Below, piece after piece: positions 53,659-64,000 of a stretch of DNA of 64,000 nucleotides (position 1 is the first letter of the stretch; every line of letters begins with the position of its first letter). Made by a program: the position numbers and the translations under genes. Source of the stretch: Marsupella aquatica. Taxonomy: Eukaryota > Plantae > Marchantiophyta. The notes beneath the pieces were generated by a model that searched no databases, was not told where the DNA came from, and saw nothing but the letters and a program-made list of their open reading frames with translations. The DNA is taken from NCBI GenBank assembly GCA_973895155.1, contig OZ316894.1, positions 14,275,680 to 14,339,679 of the forward strand, in the 5' to 3' direction.

Positions 53659-54325
53659 ATCAGCGGAAGAGAATATTCGATGTCTCACTTTGCCAATCGG
53701 TTTAAGGCTCGTTTGATGTACGAGGTTAATAATGACAGTATAAATGAACGTTGAATAATGACAAAGAAAGATACGTTAAGCGTTTAGACCATGTAAATCA
53801 ATTGAGTTTTATCGTTATTCAACGGCTGTATTGAACCAACTGATTGGTCAGTAGTTTAATAGCGTCGGGCGCTACTTTTGTGAACGGAGAACAACTTCAC
53901 AATGGAAGCATGACTCTGGACCAAATACAGTACCGCATGGGGAGGAGGAGAGGGAAAACTCAGATCATAATAATAGCGCTTGGCGCTATCATCAAAGCTC
54001 GTACGTTATAACTCTAACAACAGACAGGAAATCCATGACGCGGTCCAAATACGCACGTGTGCATTAAATTTTTCACAATCGAGAGATCTCAAAAATCTAC
54101 CGACGCATCTTGAACGTCTATTGCACAATCGGAAACCATTACATCTGAGATGTCCATTTGGGGTCAGAACGTTCTCTCCTTTATCCCCAAAACCTGGCCA
54201 GCAAGTCTGCCTTCCATCATTTGGAGTTCTTCATTCTCAGAACTTTTTTTGTGCTTCCGCCTTCGGTTTCGTCCGAGAAACTTCTGTTGAGTCTCAATCT
54301 TTCAGAGTTGTTTGTTTAAGTTTCC

Positions 54326-54765
54326 ATGGCTCCACCATAAGCAAAGGGGAAGGCAAAGGTTACATTTTGAAGTGACAACAATGGAGAGGGTGCTGAGGAG
54401 AAGTCTCTCGCGAAGCCTCCAGCTCATTCGACCGTCCCAATCTCGGCAAAGGGGAAAGTGATCACAAAGACATGGGAACTGTATCCGCACCAGATGGTGC
54501 TCCTCAGGCTAAAGCATAAGTTCAACCCTTGGTGCAGAAATCTCGGGTGTCGAAGGCGGAGTTTTCTTCTTTGCACCAGTCACCTGGGCATGACACAAGT
54601 TCTTCTAGTGAAGGCGAGGATACAGACAACGATGTAGGGACCCACGATGACTTGGGGTCCAACGATGACTCCTCTTGCAGTCGGGGTGGGTTTCGCTAGG
54701 GCGTTGGTTCTAGCGATTCCAACGATGATTCGAACGCTTACAAGCCAAGTTGGTGGGAAGATTAA
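54326..54765 (+). pseudogene. Small gene C (M4): basic N-terminus, Ser/Asp-rich tail ending YKPSWWED
   Basis: MAPP…GKAK…TVPISAKGK…SSDSNDDSNAYKPSWWED*; homologous to 62342-62771. Confidence 0.6.
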
Positions 54766-55133
54766 CTTACCCTGGCTACGCATCGATCGTTTGATCCTGC
54801 CACGACCAGTTGTTGCAGTAATGGTAGTAATGGTAGTCAATCTTTTTCCAGCATGGTTGTCTTGGAATCTAGTGGGAGGTTACTCCTCAGTTTTAAAAAA
54901 AATCCTGAAGTGTACACTTGATGTTTCTAGACTTGGTGAAGTAAATCCGATGCCCGTAAATGGAGTTTGAAACTCTTAGACATCCCCTTGATGCATTTTG
55001 CATGAGTCAATTTGTGCTTTTTGATGTTCTGTCTTATGGGAATGAGTCAATGTTTGCACCGAATGTCATTTGGAAGTCTTCAAAATGCTTGTAGTTTCCG
55101 ATGGCGGGGTCTTACCCCTGACACGTTCCATAT

Positions 55134-55501
55134 TAGCGCTCGGTGCTATCATTGGAATGCTCAAAATTATACTTCTGATACCAGTGGAATTCTGAAAATA
55201 TTTGTGGATATGGATGAGTTTGTATTATGCTCTTGTGATGAGTAGCATCGAATCGGATGTCATTTATGATAGCGCCGAGTGCTAATAAACACTTATGGAT
55301 AAAACGGTTCAAATAACGTCCATTTTGTCCCTCAATGTTGGAATTCCATTTGAATTGTGTAAAAACACATATGTGGACAATTTGTTAGCGCTCGGCGCTA
55401 TTGAAATTAGTAGTTTAAATCGGGTAACATGGAGTTGTTTTTGCTAGCGCTTGGCGCTATCAATAAGGCCAAAACAATCAACGGTCATATTTTAACGGTA
55501 A
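55134..55501. promoter_or_regulatory. Four palindromes followed by paired AACGG boxes upstream of gene A in M4
   Basis: Palindromes near 55134, 55270, 55386 and 55445; ATCAACGGTCA (55477) and TTTAACGGTAA (55491). Confidence 0.6.
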
Positions 55502-55776
55502 CATTGAGGATTGTTGGTCACGCGTAACATTGAGGATTGTTGTTCACATAAGACGGTTGCTGGTCCACTGGTAATCTTCCAAGTGTTCGGATCTCTTGGT
55601 ATTACCGTTGAGAAGCACTCTAATGTGCTCGAGACTCCATCTCTTAACCTTCTATGGGGACTTGGCGCTCGTGGGAGATACGTGATTCTCTAGGAGCAGC
55701 CTGTTCGAACGTCACATTCTGTACCTGAGTCTGTTACTCCGTACTGGATCAGGGGCTCTGGGAGAGTTGTACAATA

Positions 55777-58700
55777 GTGTCCGACGTTCTGCTCAACGCC
55801 ATCGCCATCTCTCAGTGGGGTAATACGAGGATGGGAGATATTCATGCCAGTCATTCCGAGTCCTCACAGTCCTCTTTTTCAGGTTCTGTGTACACCCGTT
55901 GCGTGACTCGGTCCGCTGCATCTCATTCACATTTAGACATTGGCTCAACTCTTCCAACCGCGCGATCAAGAAGGAGGAGATCTGAATGGACACGACTGAG
56001 GAAGTTGCTTGGGTTGATTTTGGTGTTGCTGGACTTTCAATGGATGATTACATTTCCAAGCATGTCTTGTCCTTTGGCAAAGATTTCAGAGGATTGGAGA
56101 AGGAGCCTCCACAAATTCCTCTATGTTGATTGATTCATATGGAAGTGGTGCGGACGTTGCAGAAGTAGAGCACCTCCATTGACAAATTGAAGGAGTCATT
56201 CCGGATTTCTGGATACAATTCGCGAATGGGCATGTCATTTTATGTACAGCCAACGAATGCGGATGAGGTTCCACAGATTTGCACTAATGAGATTAGAGCC
56301 TCTTGGGACCCAATCAAGGTTGTCGAGAATGACAAGTTCGAGGAAGAGTGTGACGCTGATCCTGATTTCAAAGTTTTGAAGTACAAGATGTTTTGTGTCT
56401 TTGATGGAAATCACCGTTTGTATTCGTGGTCGATTGTGACAGCTGAGCATCCGGACAACATTAAGTACCACCCTCGTGTGACTTGCATTGTTTTCAATGG
56501 AGATAAAGGTTCCCTCGTGGACCTCGAGGCTGCCATGCACACTGTCAACCAGTAAGTCATTGTTCAGGACAACCTCATTTAATATGACATACTAGTTCAA
56601 GATGGACTTTCGATGTGATATTATCTTTGGTGTTTTACTAGCGCTTGGCGCTGCTAATTTCCATGTAAATTTTGACGTAGGTTGGGACAAGCTGTGGTCA
56701 AGTCGTCTTGGATTCTTGATGCCAACAGAATCTCTCGTCTTTTATCCCATGACCTACAGCACTACAAACCCCTCATTGATGCTACGAGTTATGCAAATTT
56801 TGAAGCCATTCGAAAGAAGACTTGCGAGATGGTACTTATTTCTTAAAGAGAGAAAAGAAGAAAAATCTTGAAGTTTTTACTGTTTAAATGTTTATAATCC
56901 TACTTTAGAGACATCCAATGCAACTTTGAGACAATTAAGGAAGCTTAACTAGAAATCTAAATTTTAGTCGAAAACATTGAGGCTGGTTCAAAATGGCAAA
57001 AACTGGTTCAACCTCCCATTTGGAAGACTTCCCGATGTTCTCAATCCGAGATATTTTTATGAGAGAATGACATCACACCAAAGATCTGAAGAGTAAAACC
57101 ATAAGTTTAGAATAGACTCATAGTCTAACCAAGAGACCAAAAGAGGTTGAACCGGCCAGAACCCGGTTGAACCAGAAACTGAACCGGCTTGAACATACCA
57201 CCCGATAGTAAATTGACCATAACTCTCAAACCGTTTATTGAAATCAAGATTTGTAAAGTGTGTTGGAAAGCTCTTTCTGAGGCAGTTAAGATATATATAA
57301 ATAAGTCTGAAAATTGATTTGAAATGACCCACTTAATATTATGAGATGCAACCAAGAGATATCCGAGATTTCCGGACAAAGAATGTAATGAATATTTTGA
57401 AGCGACACTTCCATATAAGACCTTCAAGATAACTCTGGACCAATAGGAAGTATGATCCATGGCAATGGACCTTAACCAATCAAAATGGTTAACTAAGTAT
57501 GAAAGGATACTATGAAAAGATGTATCCATTCATTTGAAGATGAAGAGATTCCATCATCATTGTGATTACTCTTGCACTCCTACATTTTACCTACACCAAT
57601 GAACCGGATTCTTAAGGGATTTCCGCTCTTGTTTAGGATTCAATAAGGGATTCAATAAGGGATTCCCGCTCTTGTTTGTATGACATATTTTCCCCAATTG
57701 ATACTAGCGCCAAGCGCTATTATGAGAACTAGTTCCGTTGAGTAACGTATCTCTGTCTTTCAGGGGGAAGGAAGTCGGATGCCACCACTGATGTAAAAGA
57801 TGATGCTACTCCTCAGGCCTCTGAAGCTAACACTGGTGTGGAAAATACACCAGATCCGGGAACCCCTGGGGAGAGTGGAAAGGCAATGGTTCCAATGGAT
57901 GCAACAAGTATGAAGAAGAAGAAGAAAGAGAGGAACACTTGATGATAGGCTTGGATCTTCGTCCTGAGATTCAGTTGCGTCTACTGGATTGCAGAGAGAT
58001 GTGGGAATTTCAAACAAAAGTGTACTCGACATTGTTTTGTGGAGTCGAGTGTTACAGAATGTTTTGATTCAATGTTTAACAAGGGAGAAAAGTCGGACTG
58101 GGTTTCTAATATTGAAGGTTGGGGGAAGGACTTGGTGAAGTCTGGGGATCGAGCAAAAGGGGTAGTTAGAGGGGGAAAAGAAAGAGCTTTTGGAGTTGAT
58201 GCTGGTTTCATATATCTTCCAACTGGGTTGAAACCAACACTTGTGGATAGGAAGGTTCCTAAATGGAACCTTCAAGATTATACGATTCCAAGTGCCTTCT
58301 TCAGAACAATGGATCCTTTCCTAGCAGATGATGGATTGCTAGCGATTTTGCACAGGGGCGACTATGACCAAGTTTCCAAAGTCATTGCAGCTTGTCAAGA
58401 TTCATAGAAATTTCAGTGTATCTCGACACACAATGTTGTGATGGGCACTCCAATGTACAGGCCTCGCTCGGATATGCATGTATGTATAGTAGCGACTGGT
58501 GCTATTCCAGAGTTTTTGTTTTGTGTCCTCCTTTGGAGATTCACGGTGACGCTAGTGCCAGGCGCTAGTGTGGCATATCCTCTTCATGCAAGGTTTCCGT
58601 ATTCTTGACGTAGTATCTGATGTTTATTCTGAACAAAACGTTATTCGATGTGCAGATTTTTACGCTCACTCTCAATGTTTTTGGGCGTGTTTCGTCCAAA

Positions 58701-59658
58701 GGTAGGGTCCCGAAGGATCCCAAATTTCAGCCTCTTTCACATACAGAGGATCCTTCGATAACCAATCTCATTGGTTTTCCCGTGCCAAAAAATGATCCTC
58801 TACCGAAGCTTGCATTCGCTGGGAATTCAAGGCTGCCTGTGGGTTTCATGTAGTGAGTTTTAGAATTAATTACCCTCCCTGGGGATATTGTCATGGATTG
58901 GACTGTTGGGGCTGAAAGTACATTTGTTGCTGGAGATCATTGTGGGAGGTTTGTAGTCGGGATTGAAAATCGTAAAGAGTTCCTTGACACTACCACAAAA
59001 GTTTTCTTTGGACTTCTCGAGAACAAAGAGGCCTCCACGTCCACGCCTCCGCACCGGCAGGTGGGGAGTAAGAAGCAGGACAGACTCCGTGCTGTTCTTA
59101 ATTTTGATTCTGACGAGGACAATGATGGAGGCGATGGTACTCAACAGTCCAAAGATGATGGTGCCTCCAAGAAAGTGGTGAACCTCGGGTCTTCTGAATC
59201 TGAGGATAGTGAAGAGTCCTCTGAGTAATGATCTTCAACTTCCCTATTTTTTTTTCTTTTTAAGGGTGAGGTTAGTGTCTCCAAAATTCCACCATTTTCC
59301 CGGATCCGACTAAAGATATCGGATTCAACTTTCTAGGTCTGAGTGGAATCTTTGAAAGCGCTTTCAACTACGGAGGAAAGACGCTAGGAATGCAATAGAA
59401 ACCCCAAAGAAGCCGTTTGTCTTGCCTTCTTATGCAGAAAAGGCGGCTCAAAAAGTAGATTCTGTGAGAATGCTGACTTGGGAAAGCAAAGGCCTGAGGC
59501 TCAAAAGGGGCTTGGATAGGAAGTTTGTGAGGAACCGCTATGTCGATGACATCCTCTCGAGCAAGTATGTAGACGACAAAGTTGAGTCTACTGATAGATC
59601 ACAAAGTAGTGAAGAAGAATCAGAACTAGATATGACTAATTCAAAATCTGATGGCTAG
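55777..59658 (+). pseudogene. Gene A (M4) ParB-MTase-like; central exon largely replaced by foreign sequence (5' start approximate)
   Basis: VFDGNHRLYSW (56403-56417), GVDAGFIYLPTGL, FLADDGLLAILH, PGDIVMDWTVGAESTF…GRFVVGIEN. Last exon …GLDRKFVRNRYVDD matches M1 8591-8935. Confidence 0.8.
56836..57685. other. ~850-bp unrelated AT-rich insertion/replacement inside M4 gene A, possibly an LTR fragment
   Basis: No homology to gene A. Contains GAACCGG repeats and short tandem duplications and ends …TGACA. No TSD seen. Confidence 0.45.
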
Positions 59659-59799
59659 CCAGACTTTAAAACAATAGTTTTTGGATAGAGATATTGGCTA
59701 TTTTACAAAATAGCGCTTGGCGCTATTGTGAGCACATGTAATATTGATGGGTGTTTATAAAGTGAGACCGACTATCCAGATTTTTTTTTGACTATACTT

Positions 59800-61535
59800 T
59801 CCTCAATGAAAAGATTGGAAAAAATGAAAGGCATCTGATCTTTCTCGCTCTGGGTCGGGTACACCGTCAAAGAACACATTTTGAACAACATTCCAACCAG
59901 CCTGAGCATTGTCCGCCATGAATCCCCAAATTGTAGCATCCAATCAACCATTTTCATCGGCAACCTCTAGCATCAAACGCCAGGCTCTCTCCAGAGATTT
60001 TGCATCTTCGGCCTTTAGCTCACAAGTGAATATGGTACAAAGTGCCCGGTAATGATGATCATATACATGGGCACTGAAAGTAAGCCAATTTGCCGTACTT
60101 TGATGCATCACGTCAAAACTTACCCATGAACCCTCTAACGACCCACCAGGTTTCATTCTTCGGAGCAGGTCCAAACCACGCCTGTCACCTTTTACGGTCA
60201 TTTTAAAGATATGAGCACTCTCGTCCCGGCAGCCTTGACAAGGGAGCAAGAACCTATGAAGAAAAGGCAGTCGGATACACTTTTTCATCCTCACAAGAAA
60301 TTCCAGTTCCCCTTTCCCCTTCTGATCTTGGCGGACACTCCTTAACACGGATGCAAACTTCTGAGGAGATGCAACGACCATCAGGGACTCCTAGATTTCC
60401 TTCTCTTCTTTGAGAGAGATTTCTTCAATAGAGGCCTCGCAAAATGTATTTGTTAGTGTCTCAGTCGCAGAGTTTTTTATCCCTGCTGGGGATGCCATGG
60501 GGTTTGCAGTGAATCCCTTCTCCAGATGAGACTTTGCAACCTTTTCTTCCTCCCTCGAAAAGACCCGTCGACTGGGATGATTGTGAAATCCCATATGAAT
60601 AGCAAGTCGCGAAATATGGGCCAAAGACTTTACGTCAACTTTTGTAGATGGATACATGTAGAAGATTAGAGCAAGGCTGCCTCTCAACGCACATCGGAGG
60701 TTCGGAGCAATGGTGACAAACAACTCCACCTTCGGAGATCAATTCCCCAACTTGGAATGGGCCCAAAAGTTTTGGGATTCTTGCCCACATCTCATTATTT
60801 TGAAACCTATTGTCTTTCCACCACGGACAAGCATTATTTCGACATTGCAGCAATCCCGTACACTGGACTTTCCCAAAATCCCACATTTTCTTCGGGAGAA
60901 TATTTGAAGACGTTTTCACAATCCAAGTCCAATAATAACAATCCTTACCGCGATCCATATCTTTCAAACGTTCACCTTTTGCGTTCACACAGTCTACTGG
61001 GGGTAACTCAAAAACCACATTCCCATTGTAAGATGTGGGAAAACTAGGCACTACGTGATGAACAAAATCACTCCCCCTTATAAACCGAGACAATTCACTA
61101 TGACCTTCAGATTTCAAGATTGTATCCATTGCACTCTGCCGGTACATAGTCAAAGGCACGATCTTTTCTCGATCCGCATTAGACTCATTTTTAACCTCGG
61201 ATGGGTAAATTGGAATCTTCTCTCCGAGAGCAGTTGTCGCTTGATTATCATCTCTAGAACTTTCCAAGAGTTTGATGACATTGAGTTCAGCCGCTGTGGG
61301 AGGACGAGTATAGGAGGTCCCAGAATCTCTCAAAACAAAAACCTCATATTCTTTCTGAGCTTCCAGAGTCCAATATCTTTGACCATGAACAACATCGTAG
61401 TAAACTAGAGTCTCCCTCGAACAAACCAACACCAACGAGATCCTCCGAAACACACTTTGATTCAGATGATTTGAGGATGGGAATTGTGATTACATCCCAA
61501 GTGTCCTTCCTTGTGACAACGATATTTTGAGCCAT
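59800..61535 (-). pseudogene. Gene B (M5), truncated just after the DxxH motif
   Basis: MAQNIVVTRKDT…FELPP…HMGFHNHP…WVSFDVMH…GFMADN…SDAFHFFQS. Confidence 0.85.
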
Positions 61536-61710
61536 GGCTTCAAAAGAGGGATATGCCTTTGCCCCGCGCAAAATGAAATATGTTTATCATGAGATTAGAG
61601 TACGAGAAGTAAACGTTGCATTCTCACTATAGAGTCGTTATAGATTTGGACGCACTCCATCAATGACGTTTTGTCGTCTTACCAACGGCAGGATTTGGGT
61701 TCCTAGTTAC

Positions 61711-61854
61711 TAGCGCCTGGCGCTACCTCTAAGTGTAAAACACTCTTGGGTGAGGACTACAAAGGCCAATAATAATAGCGCCTGGCGATACCTCTGGGTG
61801 CGAACATTCTTGGGTGAGGAGTATGAAGGCAATTAATAATAGCGCCTGGCGCTA
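61711..61854. repeat. ~65-bp tandem unit carrying three TAGCGCCTGGCGCTA-type palindromes
   Basis: Palindromes at 61711, 61776 and 61840, with homologous intervening sequence (…cttgggtgagga…aataa). Confidence 0.9.
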
Positions 61855-62341
61855 CCTATTTCAATGGACTTGAAAACATTCAATGGAAAAAAAAGTATGA
61901 TAATGCGATACAATACGCATCATTAAGTTGGCACGCTTGAAGATCTCCATTGGATCTTTGCAAATCCGATCCGCCCGGGTCCCAATGTGTTAGAAAGGAA
62001 GCGTCTCCAAAAGTGATGTCAGAGGGTCCTCTTCGAAGTGGGTACCCGGGACCAAGTGCAAATTCTCCTTATATCTTGTCGTTCTCCTCCGATGTCCTCA
62101 TTGTAGAGCCATTCTTCAACGAGTCCAAGTTGTGGCTCATCTTTTGGGCGCGTGGTTCTTGTTTTCGCTTTCAAGCCCAGTGGTTCTCATACGCTTTTGG
62201 GCCCAGTGGTTCTACTTCGCTTTCGGGCGCGTTCTTGTTCTTGTTCTTGTCCTCATTTCTCATTCTCGTCCTCGTTCGTGCTCTTGTCCTCGTTTGCATT
62301 CTTGTCCTGGCTTCTTGTTCTTGTCCTCGTCCTCACTTTCA

Positions 62342-62771
62342 ATGGCACCTCCATGAGGGAAGGCTAAGGAGGAGGCACTTGTCCCGAGCAACACCGACCG
62401 GGAGTCCCCCGCATCAAATAGCTTACCGCCTCGGCCGAATGCCGGGAGGACGACGGTTCCAATCTCGGGGAAGGGCAAAGCGATATCAAAGACAAAGAAT
62501 GCCCCACCTGCGGGCCATGGTAAAGGATCCAGTCGGCCAAATCCGAGAGGCCCGACTTCTGTTCCCGGCTAGGGATATCGCCCCTGCTTCAGTCGGTTGT
62601 CCTAGAGCCGATACTATCTACACGGATCTCTCCGATACTTCTTCATCCACTGAGAGTGATCCTTCTTCGAGCGGGGACTCATCACCAAGCAGGCGAGGAT
62701 TTGCGTGGTATGGATCAAGCGACTCGAATGATGACTCCGATGCGTACAAGCCAAGTTGGTGGGAAGACTGA
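62342..62771 (+). pseudogene. Small gene C (M5)
   Basis: MAPP*GKAK…TVPISGKGK in one frame and …SSDSNDDSDAYKPSWWED* in another; homologous to 54326-54765. Confidence 0.6.
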
Positions 62772-63082
62772 TTTCCCGTTGTCAGAGCGTTGCGTTCGAG
62801 TGCTGGAGCGACTTGGAGGATCCATCGAGGTTGATAGGATCTGTTTCCCCATGTTTTTTCTAATAGGAAACGCATATCGTTCCTTCATTGTATGTCGGAT
62901 TTCTAGTGTACTGTAACATTTTGTATATGAACGGCAGAGCCATTTGTTTTTACATTGGTGTCACTACTTTTGAATTCAGAATACCAAGGTTTAATTCCCG
63001 ATTCTACTCCCGTGTTTGCATTGTAATTCTGAATGTGAACCATCGATTGTCAGAAACACTCGTTGCCTGTCGATGTTTTTAG

Positions 63083-63570
63083 TAGCGTTCGGCGCTATTA
63101 TGAGAAACAAAGTGTCCTTAACACTGTCATTACATGTCTTATCTTTAAATTGTTTTTGATAGCATTGGGCACTATTAATTAAAGGAATCACAAGTCAGGC
63201 CCGTTAGGAGTTATTTTTTACTTTTATTTGAACAAATTCTGTTCGATTAATGTGCATTTTAATAGCGCCCGGCGTTGTTGTAATTTATTGGAATATTCGT
63301 TGAATGAATGGGTTCATGCATTCATGTTTGTTGCGATTGGACTCCAATTTCATGATTTATTTGAATATTTGCGCCGAGCGCTACTAAAGTTGGCTTGTTG
63401 ACACCTACACAAAATTTGAAAATTTATAGATAGTATTATCGATACTAGTGCCCGTAGCTATTGGAAGACGGCTTTTCAGATACATTTGAAGGTATGTTGT
63501 ATAATAGCGCCTGGCGCTATCTTCAACTACCGACACTGTTGTGGTTCCAACGGTCACTTTCCAACGGTAA
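63083..63570. promoter_or_regulatory. Six palindromes followed by paired MSA-like boxes upstream of gene A in M5
   Basis: Palindromes near 63083, 63160, 63263, 63369, 63446 and 63505; TCCAACGGTCA (63546) and TCCAACGGTAA (63560). Confidence 0.6.
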
Positions 63571-63699
63571 TATTATAGTAGATTGAGGTTCACGAAACCC
63601 TTTTTCCTTTTGTTTGGGATGAAAGTCCAATTGGAGAATGCCATCTGTACTTGCGACCGTTGTAATCAAATGGCTGGGTCCATTTTATTGGTGTCTTAA

Positions 63700-64000
63700 T
63701 ACGAGGTTGAGATCGCTCGTTGGAGATAACTTAGTCCATCTAAGCGCTCAGACCTCGGACTTACAAGTTTGTCAAGTGTGTATGTGCGTCCTTTATTGGT
63801 CCCATACATTTTGAGACTTGATCGTCACAAGAACTGCACGGCGCGTATGACAGTGTCGGATGGTCAAGTCGCTCTCCATGGCAACTTTTGGCTGGGTGAT
63901 ACGAGAATGGGGGAGACTGATGGTGGTCATTCTGAGTCCTCTCAGTCTTTGTTCGCTGGTTCTGTATACACCCGTTGTGTCACTCGATCAACTGCGTCCC
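63700..64000 (+). pseudogene. Gene A (M5) 5' end (start approximate; continues beyond the window)
   Basis: GHSESSQSLFAGSVYTRCVTRSTAS matches M4 HSESSQSSFSGSVYTRCVTRSAAS. Confidence 0.75.

Larger units (their letters stand above)
49434..59770 (-). mobile_element. M4: fourth M-family copy (genes B, C, A); distal terminus missing
   Basis: Terminus GGGTATAACCACCGTGACAGCAAATAG at 49434 cuts the Copia-3 RT codon run. Subterminal TTACTCATACGAG repeats and at least 13 palindromes. Confidence 0.85.
59800..64000 (-). mobile_element. M5: fifth M-family copy, truncated on the left and running off the window
   Basis: Gene B 5' two-thirds (-), gene C (+), start of gene A (+) and nine palindromes. Closest in sequence to M4. 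Confidence 0.85.

Noticed and set aside
59800-61535. M5 as the continuation of M3
   Set aside because: The M3 fragment is closest to M1, while M5 is closest to M4 and shares gene C. They have no overlapping sequence, so this is unlikely rather than excluded.
61950-62341. 273-aa membrane protein from ORF 61950-62771
   Set aside because: The hydrophobic stretch derives from low-complexity TTCTTG/TCCTCG repeats. Homology with M4 begins only at MAPP (62342), in a different frame.

Overview
Plant-type heterochromatic DNA made entirely of nested transposable elements; I see no host gene, RNA gene or CRISPR array. Five LTR retrotransposons are present: a decayed Ty3/Gypsy (1-6744, resuming 18094-18233), a full-length Copia (26880-33420), an Athila-like Gypsy on the minus strand (33748-46734), a young Bianca-type Copia (34401-40202) and a truncated Copia (47637-49433). 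Interleaved with them are five diverged copies (M1-M5) and one 309-bp MITE-like derivative of an unusual Mutator-like DNA transposon. The one complete copy, M1 (6745-18093, ~11.35 kb), has short degenerate GGG...CCC termini and an 8-9 bp target-site duplication (TSD). It carries two divergent, intron-containing genes. Gene B is a transposase (GCM-like Zn domain, DDE core with DxxH, SWIM finger). Gene A combines an N-terminal ParB/Srx-like domain (DGNHR) with a C-terminal beta-class N4C/N6A DNA-methyltransferase-like domain that has a non-canonical catalytic motif. Non-coding parts of these elements (introns, inter-gene region, subtermini) hold roughly 50 copies (hand count) of a 15-bp palindrome TAGCG-N5-CGCTA, which I did not find in exons or retrotransposons. 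Paired MSA-like AACGG boxes lie upstream of gene A. The candidate novel system is a transposon-encoded ParB-MTase-like protein plus cognate parS-like palindromes, possibly for self-marking or anti-silencing; this function is inference only. All copies are pseudogenised by stops and frameshifts. Domain calls are by eye, without database searches.
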